From positions 2,442,597 to 2,466,596 of the forward strand of contig NZ_CP089468.1 in NCBI RefSeq assembly GCF_021233435.1: a stretch of DNA of 24,000 nt, read 5' to 3'. This document shows, in pieces, positions 8,309 through 17,231 of the stretch. The notes beneath the pieces are model-generated. The model was not told the DNA's origin, did no database searches, and saw only the letters and a program-made list of their open reading frames with translations. Within the stretch, counting starts at the first letter, position 1. Each line of letters begins with the position of its first letter. The position numbers and the translations under genes were made by a program. This stretch comes from Halobacterium noricense (GTDB lineage: Archaea; Halobacteriota; Halobacteria; Halobacteriales; Halobacteriaceae).

Positions 8309-9388
8309 ATGAGCGAGCCGAGCGCGGAGGTCTACGAGCAGGGGCGTGGGATGGACGCCCACAACAAGGTGATGCGGGAGCTGCGCGACGAGAAGGGCGC
8401 GAAAGACTACGCGCCCGACGAGCCGACGCGCGTCTGGCTAGACGAGGACAACACGCCGGACGGCGTCTACCAGAGCCTCACCATCATCCTCAACACCGGC
8501 GGGTGCCGGTGGGCACGCGCCGGCGGTTGTACGATGTGCGGGTACGTCGCCGAGTCCGTGGAGGGCGGGACGGTCGCCCACGACGACCTGATGGCGCAAG
8601 TCGACGCCTGCCTCGAACACGAGCAGGACGAAGCCGACGAGGAGAGCGGCCTGATAAAAATCTACACGAGCGGGTCGTTCCTCGACGAGCGCGAGGTGCC
8701 CGCCGAGACGCGGCAGGCCATCGCCGAGACGTTCGCGGACCGCGAGCGCATCGTCGTGGAGAGCCTCCCGGACTTCGTCGACAAGGCGAAAATCGAGGAC
8801 TTCACCGCAGTCGGCCTGGAGACGGACGTCGCCGTCGGCCTGGAGACCGCGACGGACCGCGTGCGCCACGACTGCGTGAACAAGTACTTCGACTTCAGCG
8901 ACTTCGAGGCGGCCTGCGCGGAGGCCCGGCAGGCGGACGCCGGCGTGAAGGCGTACCTGCTGATGAAGCCGCCGTTCCTCTCCGAGTCCGAGGCCGTCGA
9001 GGACATGAAGAAGTCCGTGCGGGAGTGCTCGGAAGTCGAGGGCTGCCACACGGTGTCGATGAACCCGACGAACGTCCAGCGGTACACGATGGTCGACCAA
9101 CTACACTTCCGTGGGGGCTACCGGCCACCGTGGCTCTGGTCGGTCGCGGAGGTGCTGGAATCCACCGCGGACGCCGACGCCATCGTCGTCTCCGACCCGG
9201 TCGGCCACGGCAGCGACCGCGGCCCGCACAACTGCGGGGAGTGCGACGACCTCGTGCAGGAAGCAATCAAGGACTTCGACCTCCGGCAGGACCCCTCCGT
9301 GTTCTCGGAAGTGTCCTGTGAGTGCGAGGCGACGTGGGACGCGGTCGTCGAGCGCGAGACGAGCTACAACCTCCCGCTCGCCGAGTAG
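8309..9388 (+). CDS. raSEA: Archaeosine-biosynthesis radical SAM protein (RaSEA, TIGR01210-type partner of ArcS)
   Basis: 359 aa from ATG 8309. Cys cluster GGCRWARAGGCTMCGY, radical-SAM core (IKIYTSGSF, VAVGLETATDRVR) and a C-terminal Cys-rich region (HNCGECD, CECE). arcS and tgtA lie 3-6 kb away in the same window. Confidence 0.78.
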   Translation: MSEPSAEVYEQGRGMDAHNKVMRELRDEKGAKDYAPDEPTRVWLDEDNTPDGVYQSLTIILNTGGCRWARAGGCTMCGYVAESVEGGTVAHDDLMAQVDACLEHEQDEADEESGLIKIYTSGSFLDEREVPAETRQAIAETFADRERIVVESLPDFVDKAKIEDFTAVGLETDVAVGLETATDRVRHDCVNKYFDFSDFEAACAEARQADAGVKAYLLMKPPFLSESEAVEDMKKSVRECSEVEGCHTVSMNPTNVQRYTMVDQLHFRGGYRPPWLWSVAEVLESTADADAIVVSDPVGHGSDRGPHNCGECDDLVQEAIKDFDLRQDPSVFSEVSCECEATWDAVVERETSYNLPLAE

Positions 9389-9407
9389 CGCGGACCTCGG
9401 TTACAGT

Positions 9408-9905
9408 TCAGTCGAGCGGTTCGACCGTGTCGCCGGGGCGAATCACGCCCGTTTCGAGCACGTCGGCCCGGAGGCCGCCGCGGTGCGCGAGCGCGTCGAG
9501 GACGTCTTCTCCGAGGAGGTCCTGCAGGTACTCGCAGGGTTCGCACAGCCGGTGGCCTCGGCAGACGACGCTACCGACCCGGAACCGCGTGCCGACGAGG
9601 TGGTTCAGCGCGACGTCCTGCGTGACGACGTTCCGGCGGTGCTCGCCGGGCGCGAGTTCGATGCCCGCCTCGCGCTCGATTGCCTCCACGGCTTCCGACT
9701 CGATGAGCGTCAGGTCGTAGCCGTCCTTTCGGTCCTCGTCGGCGTCCCACGTGACGAACGTCCCCGTCTCGATGTCGCTGAAGTAGCGGTCGCCGCGGAG
9801 GCCGCGTCCGGCGACGGCTTCGACGTCGCTGCGCTCGACCATCTCGACGCCGGCGTCCGGCGCAGTGTAGATTCGTTCGGCAGTGCCCACACCGTTCATA
9901 CGCAC
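9408..9905 (-). CDS. MOSC domain-containing protein
   Basis: 165 aa with GLRGDRY, GEHRRNVVT and the conserved Cys region RLCEPCEYL, typical of the MOSC beta-barrel domain. The TATA-like GTATTTC lies about 25-28 nt upstream on the minus strand. Confidence 0.78.
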   Translation of the reverse strand: MRMNGVGTAERIYTAPDAGVEMVERSDVEAVAGRGLRGDRYFSDIETGTFVTWDADEDRKDGYDLTLIESEAVEAIEREAGIELAPGEHRRNVVTQDVALNHLVGTRFRVGSVVCRGHRLCEPCEYLQDLLGEDVLDALAHRGGLRADVLETGVIRPGDTVEPLD

Positions 9906-9952
9906 CGAGTGGGTCTCTGGGGAGAAATACGTTCGCCGCGCGCCGACTCGTG

Positions 9953-10627
9953 TTACGCGAACGCGTCGAGGACGCCCTGTCCGTCCGTGAGTCCGAGTTC
10001 GGGGAGCGTCGCGCGCTCGGGGTGAGGCATCAGGACGGCGACGGACTCGTGCTCACCGAGCACGCCCGCGACCGCGCCCGTGGAGCCGTTCGGATTCGCA
10101 GTGTCGGATACCTCGCCGTCCGCGTCGCAGTAGCGGAACAGCACGCGGTCCTCGCTGACGAGGTCGTCGTAGCGCTCGTCGTCGATTTCGAAGCGCCCCT
10201 CGCCGTGCGCGATGGGGAGCGTGAGGACGTCGCCTTCGTCGTAGGCGGCCGTGAACGGCGTGTCGGCGTTCTCCACGCGGACGTTGACGTGCTCGCACTG
10301 GAAGCGCGCGCTCGCGTTCGTCGTGAACGCGCCCGGCGTGAGCTTCGACTCGCAGCCGATTTGCGCGCCGTTGCAGACGCCGAGGACGGGCACGCCGTCG
10401 TCGGCGAGGTCGCGCACGTCGTCCATAATCGGGGAGTGCGCGGCCATCGCGCCGGCGCGGAGGTAGTCACCGTACGAGAAGCCGCCGGGGAGGACGACGC
10501 CCGTGGTGTCGGCGGGGAGGTCGTCCTCGTGCCAGACGATTTCGGCGTCGACGTCGACGTGCGCGAGCGCGCGGACGGCGTCCCGGTCGCAGTTCGAGCC
10601 GCCGAAGCGGATAACGGAAACTGTCAT
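9953..10627 (-). CDS. purQ: Phosphoribosylformylglycinamidine synthase, glutaminase subunit PurQ
   Basis: Trimmed from the 502-aa track ORF to ATG 10627 (MTVSVIRFGGSNCDRD). It has the class I amidotransferase motifs GVCNGAQ and HPER. The start overlaps the purS stop (ATGA). Confidence 0.9.
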   Translation of the reverse strand: MTVSVIRFGGSNCDRDAVRALAHVDVDAEIVWHEDDLPADTTGVVLPGGFSYGDYLRAGAMAAHSPIMDDVRDLADDGVPVLGVCNGAQIGCESKLTPGAFTTNASARFQCEHVNVRVENADTPFTAAYDEGDVLTLPIAHGEGRFEIDDERYDDLVSEDRVLFRYCDADGEVSDTANPNGSTGAVAGVLGEHESVAVLMPHPERATLPELGLTDGQGVLDAFA

Positions 10628-10878
10628 TCTGCTGCTTCGACGGTTACGTCGTAGTCGTGGATGGTTGGGTTCGCGAGCAGACGGTCGGCCATTTCGCCTG
10701 CGCGGGCGGCCGCTTCGTCGCTGTCGGCAGCGTCGAGGTCGATTTCGAAGCGGTCCGCCGACCGCAGGTCCCCGAGCTCGAAGCCGAGGCGTTCGAGGGC
10801 TTTCTGGGTGGTCTCGGCTTCCGGGTCGAGGACCCCGTGCTTGAGTCGGACCGTCACCGTCGCGGTGTACGCGGTCAT
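10624..10878 (-). CDS. purS: Phosphoribosylformylglycinamidine synthase subunit PurS
   Basis: 84 aa from ATG 10878 (MTAYTATVTVRLKHGVLDPEAETTQKALERLGF), which is the PurS fold signature. It is coupled to purQ. Confidence 0.85.
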   Translation of the reverse strand: MTAYTATVTVRLKHGVLDPEAETTQKALERLGFELGDLRSADRFEIDLDAADSDEAAARAGEMADRLLANPTIHDYDVTVEAAE

Positions 10879-10985
10879 CGCGCTGATGTGTGCGTTCGTG
10901 GTCAAAGACTCTTTTGGAAGTGTTCGAAGATACACGAACGTGCCTACTGTCGGCTGCGCCGATTCCTGCGCGAAGGACGCCGCTT

Positions 10986-12026
10986 ATGTCCGACGACGCC
11001 CTGGGGGCGTGTATGCCGAAGCCGAACGGCAGTCCAGAGACGGCAGCGACGACGAACGACCTGACCGAAATCACGGTCGTCGGAGCCGACCGCACGGGAA
11101 TCGTCGCCGAAGTCACTGGACTGCTGTTCGAACACGGGGTCAACGTCGAGGACATCGAGCAGACCGTCCGCGACGGCGTCTTCCGCATGACGCTGCTGGC
11201 CGACACCAGCCCCATCGACGACGCCGACGACCGCTGGGAGGCCGAGGACGAAGCCGAGCCCGCCGACCTCGCGGGCGACGCGACGACGCGCGCGGCGTTC
11301 CGCGAGCGCCTCGCCGACATCGGCGACCAACTCGGCGTCGACGTCCGCGTGCGCTTCCCCGACGAACGCGACGAGGGCGTCGCCGTCCTCGTCACCAAGG
11401 AAGACCACTGCCTGCGCGCGCTGTTGGACGCCGACTTCGACGCCGAAGTTCGCGTGGTCATCGGGAACCACCCCGACCTCGAATCCGTCGCGCGCGAGCA
11501 CGACGTCCCGTTCTACGACGTCGGCGACGGCACCGGTACCCCGGACGAGGAGCGCCTGCTCGACCTGCTCGACGAGTACGACGTCGACCTCGTCGTGCTC
11601 GCGCGGTACATGCGCATCCTCAGCCCGGACGTCGTCTTCCGGTACGCCGGCCGCATCATCAACATTCACCCGAGCCTGCTGCCCGCATTCCCCGGCGCAC
11701 AGGCCTACCGGCAGGCCGTCGAAGAAGGCGTCCGCGTCGCGGGCGTCACCGCCCACTACGTCACCACGGACCTCGACCAGGGCCCGATTCTCACCCAACG
11801 CGCGTTCGACGTGCCGCCGACGGCGACCGTTCAGAACGTGAAAGACCGCGGGCAGCCCCTCGAAGCCGACGCGCTCGTCGAAGCCGTCCGCGTCCACCTC
11901 GCCGGCGACGCGACGGTCCGCCGCGGCAGCGTCGAAGTCACCGGCGACCACCAGTTCGGGATGCCCGACGAAGCCAGCGCGGCGAATCCCGATAGGCCCG
12001 TGGACGCGCCGCCCGCCGACGACTAG
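10986..12026 (+). CDS. purU: Formyltetrahydrofolate deformylase (ACT domain plus formyltransferase domain)
   Basis: N-terminal ACT-like ITVVGADRTGIVAEVTGLLFEHGVNV and the C-terminal formyltransferase motif IINIHPSLLPAFPGAQAYRQA. The start is uncertain: ATG 10986 is chosen and ATG 11013 is possible. The track start at 10890 gives an implausible N-terminus. Confidence 0.82.
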   Translation: MSDDALGACMPKPNGSPETAATTNDLTEITVVGADRTGIVAEVTGLLFEHGVNVEDIEQTVRDGVFRMTLLADTSPIDDADDRWEAEDEAEPADLAGDATTRAAFRERLADIGDQLGVDVRVRFPDERDEGVAVLVTKEDHCLRALLDADFDAEVRVVIGNHPDLESVAREHDVPFYDVGDGTGTPDEERLLDLLDEYDVDLVVLARYMRILSPDVVFRYAGRIINIHPSLLPAFPGAQAYRQAVEEGVRVAGVTAHYVTTDLDQGPILTQRAFDVPPTATVQNVKDRGQPLEADALVEAVRVHLAGDATVRRGSVEVTGDHQFGMPDEASAANPDRPVDAPPADD

Positions 12027-12445
12027 TCCGCCCACTCGTCGCGGCGCTCGTCGGCCTCGCGGGCCGCCGCGAGCAGGTCGGCCTGCGCTTCGAGGAGGTC
12101 CGTCGCCGTGACGATGCCAACGAGGTCGAGCCCGTCCGCGGCCGGGAGGTGGTGGATGCCGTAGTCGAACATCCGCGCGGCCGCCGCGCGCACGGTCGCC
12201 GACGGCTCGACAGTTATCAGCGGGCGGCTCGCGGCGGCGTAGACCGGAATCTCGCTGAGCGGCCGGTCGTACTCGTGGCCAGCCTCCATCACGTCCACCT
12301 TCGTGAGAATCCCCGCCGGGTTGCCGTCCTTCTCGACAACGACGCTACCTGTCCCCTCGTCGAGCATCCGTCCGACGGCCTCGCGGACGCTGTCGTCGGC
12401 CGGCGCCGCGAGCACGTCCGTGGACATCACCTCGCTCACCCGCAT
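12023..12445 (-). CDS. CBS domain pair protein
   Basis: 140 aa from ATG 12445 (MRVSEVMSTDVLAAP...) with two CBS repeats (GSVVVEKDGNPAGILTKVDV and HHLPAADGLDLVGIVTATDL). An alternative start is the second Met at 12427. The stop shares a CTAG with the purU stop. Confidence 0.8.
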   Translation of the reverse strand: MRVSEVMSTDVLAAPADDSVREAVGRMLDEGTGSVVVEKDGNPAGILTKVDVMEAGHEYDRPLSEIPVYAAASRPLITVEPSATVRAAAARMFDYGIHHLPAADGLDLVGIVTATDLLEAQADLLAAAREADERRDEWAD

Positions 12446-12492
12446 AGGTAATTGTTCACACACCACGGTCGTAGCTCTTTCGCCCGCGCTCG

Positions 12493-14247
12493 CTACGTTT
12501 GCTCGCTGTGGCGCACGTCGACGGCCATCCCGCGCGTCGCGTCGGCCATCGCCGGTCCGGGCATCGCCGCGCGCCCGATTGCGAACGCCTTCGGCCCCTC
12601 GACGACGACCTCGTCCCCGACCCGGATGTCGTCGTCGGCGTCGACGACGCCCGGCGCGAGCACGCTGCCCTCGGGAACGAACGCGTCGATTTCCACGCGC
12701 TTGGTCGGCGCGTCGCTGGCCACCCACTTGCGCGCGCCGGCGAGCGTGAACGACAGCGTCCCGTACTGGGGGACCAGCGCCGCCAACTGCTCGCCGTCGC
12801 CGTCCAGCGCCTGCAGTTTCGGATACCGGCCCTGCACCGTGAGGTCGTCGAACAACTCGTCGCCCGCGCCGTCCGCGATGAAGTAGTCGGCGACCGCGCG
12901 CAGCGTCGCCTTCTCGCGCTCCTCCACCCAAATCTTGGGCTCGCCCGCGAGCGCCGCGTTCAGCTCGCCGAGGCTCTCGTCGGTCGTCGGGTGGTCCTCG
13001 ACCGTGAACTCGAAGGGCACGTCGACCTGGCCCGCGACGCGCTCGCAGATGTCGCGGTAGCCCTCCTCGGGGACGTGCGCGATGACGCGCGGGTAGTCCG
13101 TGCGGTCGATGTACTGCTTCAGCACGCTCGCGACGAAGTCCTTCTCCTCCTCGCTCCACCGCCCCGTCACCACGCTGTCGTAGTGCTGAGCGGGGTACGT
13201 CAGCTCCAACTCCTGCGGGACGACGCCGATTGGCGACGTCATCGAGACCATATGTGCGCGGTAGTTGGCGGCGTCCTGGAACTGCCGGTGGCTCTGACTC
13301 TCGCTGTACGGCTTCTTCGCCGAACACGGCACCAGCAGGAGCGGGTGGCCGTCGAGGCGCTTCTGGTAGCGCGTGGTCACGCGCTCGGCGAAGCGCTGAA
13401 TCTCGACGCGCCGGAGCGTGTCCTCGGTCGCCGACAACAGCAGCGAGTCCCGCATGACGGGCGTGTGCTCCTCCAGGTAGGCGTACTGCTGGTCGAATTC
13501 GCGGAACGCCGCGGTGACCCACGCCTCGTGGCGGGCCTGCCCCTCGACGTAGTCGCGTAGGCGGCCGTCCCGAATCCGGCGGCGCACGCGGCCCAGTTCC
13601 GCCTGCAGCGCGTTGACGTTGTGGTCGACGCAGTCCTCGCGGTCGAACGCCGCGACGGGCTGCTGGCACGCCGGGCACGAGCACGGCAGTTCGTCGAGGT
13701 CTTCGAGGTCGTAGGCACCCTCGGTAGTGAGGTAGCGTCCCTGCGTCCCGCGAACGACGGCGCGGTCGGCGTCCACGAGGTCGACGCCCGCGTACACGAG
13801 CACGGCGACGTTCCGCGGCGTCGCCACCCCGGAGAGGTAGAGCGCGGTGTCGTCGGGAATCGCCTCGCGCGTGTCGACGACAGCCTCCCGGAACGCCGCG
13901 CCGTGCCCGACGGTTCCGGGAGCGCCCGACAGCACGTACGCGTCCGCGCCGTAATCGTCGGCGGTCTGCGGAGAGACGACGGCCGCGCTCGGGAACTCGA
14001 CGTCGGGGTAGTCCGGCGCGAACGACTCCTGGACTTCCTCGGCCGTTCCGGACGGGAAGCCGCGGTACGGCAGCACGGTCAACACGGACTCGTCGCCCTC
14101 TGGCGTGTCCTGTCGCTGGACCCACTCGCTGCCCGCGTCCTCGACGACGTCGTCCGCGAGCGTCGGCGTCGTCACCGACTCGGCGAGCCGGAGCTCGCCC
14201 ACGCGCGCCGCGGCGTCGCGCGCGTGCACTTCGAAGTACTCGGTCAT
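12493..14247 (-). CDS. arcS: Archaeosine synthase ArcS (TgtA2-type, C-terminal PUA domain)
   Basis: 584 aa from ATG 14247 (MTEYFEVHARDAAARVGELRL). It has a TGT-like N-terminal domain, the Zn motif CSCPAC, and a C-terminal PUA-like segment (IRVGDEVVVEGPKAFAIGRAAM). It lies directly downstream of tgtA. Confidence 0.85.
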   Translation of the reverse strand: MTEYFEVHARDAAARVGELRLAESVTTPTLADDVVEDAGSEWVQRQDTPEGDESVLTVLPYRGFPSGTAEEVQESFAPDYPDVEFPSAAVVSPQTADDYGADAYVLSGAPGTVGHGAAFREAVVDTREAIPDDTALYLSGVATPRNVAVLVYAGVDLVDADRAVVRGTQGRYLTTEGAYDLEDLDELPCSCPACQQPVAAFDREDCVDHNVNALQAELGRVRRRIRDGRLRDYVEGQARHEAWVTAAFREFDQQYAYLEEHTPVMRDSLLLSATEDTLRRVEIQRFAERVTTRYQKRLDGHPLLLVPCSAKKPYSESQSHRQFQDAANYRAHMVSMTSPIGVVPQELELTYPAQHYDSVVTGRWSEEEKDFVASVLKQYIDRTDYPRVIAHVPEEGYRDICERVAGQVDVPFEFTVEDHPTTDESLGELNAALAGEPKIWVEEREKATLRAVADYFIADGAGDELFDDLTVQGRYPKLQALDGDGEQLAALVPQYGTLSFTLAGARKWVASDAPTKRVEIDAFVPEGSVLAPGVVDADDDIRVGDEVVVEGPKAFAIGRAAMPGPAMADATRGMAVDVRHSEQT

Positions 14248-14291
14248 ACACGCAGTTCGGGGCCGCGCGCCCAATTGCCTTGCCTTTCGAC

Positions 14292-15764
14292 CTACTCGCC
14301 GTCCGCGTCGATGTCCACGGTCTCGACGTCACCGGGCACGCGGTCGAGCGCGGAGTCCGGCCAGCCGCGGTGCGCGAGCGTGAACTCCGTCTCGGGGTTC
14401 GCGGCCACGAGTGCGGCGACGCCGTCGGCGGCGGCCTCGTAGCCCGCGCGGTCCATGCGGTCGGGCGTCTCCGCGGTCAGCGGGTACGTCGTGGACAGCG
14501 AGCGCGGGAACGGGCCGAACGGCGGCGTGACGTTCCACCACTCGTCGAAGCGGTCGTTCCCCGAGCCCTCCGTGAGGAGCACGTCGCCCTCCGCGGAGAG
14601 GCGTTCGAGGCGGCGGTGGTGGCGCACGACCTCGGGGCGGCGCGCGCTGTCCGCGGACGTGTAGAAGAACGCGTCCTTGCTCGCGGGGTCGGTGGCTTCC
14701 AGTTGCTCGCTGTGGTCGAGGAGCGCGCGGAACCCGTCGAGGGTGCGGGGGTGGGCGTGTGCACGGGCTTCCACGAGTTCCATCAGGTTCCCGGACTTGA
14801 TGGCCTGTTTGACGCGCCGGAGTTCGCCGAAGGAGACGTGGAGGTTGTGCTCCGCGAGCAGTTCCTCGCGGGCGGCGTCGCCCATGCGCTCGACCTCGTC
14901 GGGCGCGTGCTCGGTGCAGACCGGGCACTCGCAGGGGAAGTAGTGGAGGCTGTCGAGGTGCTCGGTGCCGTGGACGGTGAGGTAGCGGTCGTCGCGGGCG
15001 TAGATGGCGTACGCCGCCGAGTCCAGGAGGTCACAGCCGAGTGCGGCGGCGAGCGCGAACATCATCGGATGACCCGCGCCGAACAGGTGGACGGGCGCGT
15101 CCCGACCGAGCCCGCGCCTCGCCGCCAAGACGGTTTCGGCGACGTCGTCGTAGCGGTACTGGTTCATCATCGGTACGACCGCGCCGACCGGGAACAGGTC
15201 GAGGTCCGTGTTGTAGGCGTGCCGCGCGGCCTCCTCGCGGAGGTCCGTGTGCGTCGCGCCCTGGACGGGCGCGTTCACGAGCATGTCGCCGACGTCGACG
15301 GTCTCGGCGAGTTCGAGGCGCTCCTGGGTGGTCGCGAGTTCTTCTTCGGCCTGCTCGCGGCTGGCGTCCGGCGGGGTCGGGATGTCCACCGGCGTCCCGA
15401 CGTCACTGCCAATATCGTGCTGGAACTGGAGAATCTCCTCGGTGGTCGTGTCGATTTCGCCGTACTCGGCGAGCTGGAAGCTCCCCGAATCGGTCATGAT
15501 TGCGCCGTCGAAGCCCAGCATCTCGTGGAGGCCTTCGTCGAGCGCGCGCTCGTGGAGGTCCGGGTCGTTGTTGATGATGTAGGAGTTTGTGATGAGCATC
15601 TCCGCGCCGAATTCCGGGAACCGCGACGGCTCCACGGTTATCAGGTTCGGATTGACGACCGGCATCAGCGTCGGCGTCTCCACGGTCACGCCCGCTCGCG
15701 GGACCTCCAACTCGCCGATGCGGGCCGCGCCGTCCTGCGCGGTCACCTCGAAGACCTCTCTCAT
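14292..15764 (-). CDS. tgtA: Archaeal tRNA-guanine(15) transglycosylase
   Basis: 490 aa from ATG 15764 ([40 protein letters not shown]). It has the catalytic region MTDSGSFQ and the Zn motif CECPVCTEH. Confidence 0.9.
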   Translation of the reverse strand: MREVFEVTAQDGAARIGELEVPRAGVTVETPTLMPVVNPNLITVEPSRFPEFGAEMLITNSYIINNDPDLHERALDEGLHEMLGFDGAIMTDSGSFQLAEYGEIDTTTEEILQFQHDIGSDVGTPVDIPTPPDASREQAEEELATTQERLELAETVDVGDMLVNAPVQGATHTDLREEAARHAYNTDLDLFPVGAVVPMMNQYRYDDVAETVLAARRGLGRDAPVHLFGAGHPMMFALAAALGCDLLDSAAYAIYARDDRYLTVHGTEHLDSLHYFPCECPVCTEHAPDEVERMGDAAREELLAEHNLHVSFGELRRVKQAIKSGNLMELVEARAHAHPRTLDGFRALLDHSEQLEATDPASKDAFFYTSADSARRPEVVRHHRRLERLSAEGDVLLTEGSGNDRFDEWWNVTPPFGPFPRSLSTTYPLTAETPDRMDRAGYEAAADGVAALVAANPETEFTLAHRGWPDSALDRVPGDVETVDIDADGE

Positions 15765-15807
15765 TACTCGTGGGTAGCCAGCGGCGGCGCGTAAGGGTTT
15801 CTTTGTG

Positions 15808-15981
15808 CTACTCGCTGGTCTCGACGTAGAACACGCGCTCACGGGGGATGCGGCGGACGGTCCGGCCGTCCTCGCTGGTCACGAGCCAGTGGCCGGTGTC
15901 GTCGTTGAAGCCGAGATTCGAGTCGCTGGTCTGCCAGTCCGTGACCCCGCCCTCGGGGTCCTCGTAGATGATGACGCCCAT
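15808..15981 (-). CDS. Small acidic hypothetical protein (57 aa: [57 protein letters not shown])
   Basis: This is the C-terminal part of a 244-aa track ORF whose upstream part is Arg-rich nonsense. From ATG 15981, roughly 55 of 57 third positions are G/C by eye. The TATA-like CTTTATC is centred 27 nt upstream. Confidence 0.6.
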   Translation of the reverse strand: MGVIIYEDPEGGVTDWQTSDSNLGFNDDTGHWLVTSEDGRTVRRIPRERVFYVETSE

Positions 15982-16004
15982 ACCGGAGCGTTGCGGCCGC
16001 CCGC

Positions 16005-16011
16005 GATAAAG
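16005..16011 (-). promoter_or_regulatory. TATA-like CTTTATC 27 nt upstream of the 57-aa ORF
   Basis: The plus strand reads GATAAAG at 16005-16011, with canonical spacing to ATG 15981. Confidence 0.35.
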
Positions 16012-16019
16012 ACGGCGGC

Positions 16020-16577
16020 CTACCCGACTTCGTAGTTCAGCACGCCGAGCGCGGTGCGCCCGTCCCGAATCTCGCCGCTCCGGACGGACTCGAGTAGGTC
16101 GTCGTAGGGAGTCGTCGTCACGCGGATTGACTCGTTGAAGTCGAGGTCCTGCTCGCCGGTCGGCCGGCAGCCCTCCGCGAGGAAGTAGTGGTGGACGGCG
16201 TCCGCGACGCCGTTGGTCGGCTCGAACTCCCCGAACTTTTCGACGGACTCCGCCTCGTAGCCGGTCTCCTCTGTGAGTTCGCGGTGGGCGGCTGCCGCGA
16301 GGTCGGCGTCCTCGCTCTCGACGCCGCCAGCTGGCAGCCCACGGTTCACGCGTCCGACGGCTTGTCGCCACTCCTCGATGAGCACGACGTCGCCGTCGGG
16401 CGTGAACGCCAGCAGGACGACCGCGGGGTCGTCGACGAGGTAGTCGAAGTCCGTCTCCGTGCCGTCCGGCAGCCGGACCTCCTCGTGGGCGATCTCGAAC
16501 CCCGGGCACTCGTAGGCCACGCTGCGGCTGGTCGTCTCCCACGCCAGCGGGTCGGCCGGCGAATCCTCCTCGGTCAC
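16020..16577 (-). CDS. NUDIX hydrolase (ADP-ribose pyrophosphatase-like)
   Basis: Nudix box GGVESEDADLAAAAHRELTEETGY (GX5EX7REUXEEXGU). The start is GTG at 16577, with a T6 run centred about 27 nt upstream. Confidence 0.85.
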   Translation of the reverse strand: MTEEDSPADPLAWETTSRSVAYECPGFEIAHEEVRLPDGTETDFDYLVDDPAVVLLAFTPDGDVVLIEEWRQAVGRVNRGLPAGGVESEDADLAAAAHRELTEETGYEAESVEKFGEFEPTNGVADAVHHYFLAEGCRPTGEQDLDFNESIRVTTTPYDDLLESVRSGEIRDGRTALGVLNYEVG

Positions 16578-16600
16578 GAACGCGGGTTCGCGCCGCGTCG

Positions 16601-16606
16601 AAAAAA
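16601..16606 (-). promoter_or_regulatory. T6 run (minus strand): candidate TATA box for the Nudix gene and oligo-T terminator for the upstream kinase gene
   Basis: The plus strand is AAAAAA at 16601-16606. That is about 27 nt upstream of GTG 16577 and 30 nt downstream of the kinase stop at 16636. Confidence 0.35.
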
Positions 16607-16635
16607 GGCTGCCGCGACCGCTCGCCCGGCCGCGT

Positions 16636-17172
16636 TCAGAACAGCACGTCGACCTGCTCGCGGGTCGACGCCAGCCCCTCGGAGTTGTCCACGACGGCGT
16701 GCTCGCGCTCGATGCTGTCGAAGGACTCGCGGTACTGCTGGTGGATGGCGAAGTCCGCGTCGCTGGCGTCGCCCGAGCGCTGGCGGATGCGCTCCCGGAC
16801 GACGGCCTCCTCGCACTCGACTTTCACGAGCGTCGCCGGCACGCCGAGGTCGTTCGCGGTGTTTTGGACGCTGTCCCGGAGGTCGCGGTGCTGGAAGGTT
16901 CCGTCGAGCACGACGCTGTCGCCACTGCGGACGACTGTGGCCGCGCGCTCGAACAGTTCGTCGTAGACCGCGCGCATTTCGGCGTCCGTGTACTCGGGGT
17001 CCGGGAACAGGTCGTTCCGGACGACGTCGGTCCGCAATAGCTCCGCGTCGAGCAGGTCGGCGGCGTGTTCGGCGACGGTCGTCTTCCCCGCGCCCGGCAG
17101 CCCGCAGACCACCACGATGCGCGGCTGCTGTTCGCCGTTCGATGCGTTCGCTGCGGCGCGCTCCCCGCTCAC
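16636..17172 (-). CDS. P-loop kinase / AAA_33-type ATP-binding protein
   Basis: Walker A motif VVVCGLPGAGKTT, then a small kinase-like body (VVLDGTF). The only plausible start below the upstream zinc-ribbon gene is GTG 17172 (VSGERAAANAS...). The substrate is unknown. Confidence 0.68.
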   Translation of the reverse strand: MSGERAAANASNGEQQPRIVVVCGLPGAGKTTVAEHAADLLDAELLRTDVVRNDLFPDPEYTDAEMRAVYDELFERAATVVRSGDSVVLDGTFQHRDLRDSVQNTANDLGVPATLVKVECEEAVVRERIRQRSGDASDADFAIHQQYRESFDSIEREHAVVDNSEGLASTREQVDVLF

Positions 17173-17231
17173 AGTAATCGACTGAGAAACGGCGCGCCCG
17201 GGATATGAACCTGTGGAATCCGTGCCGCGGC

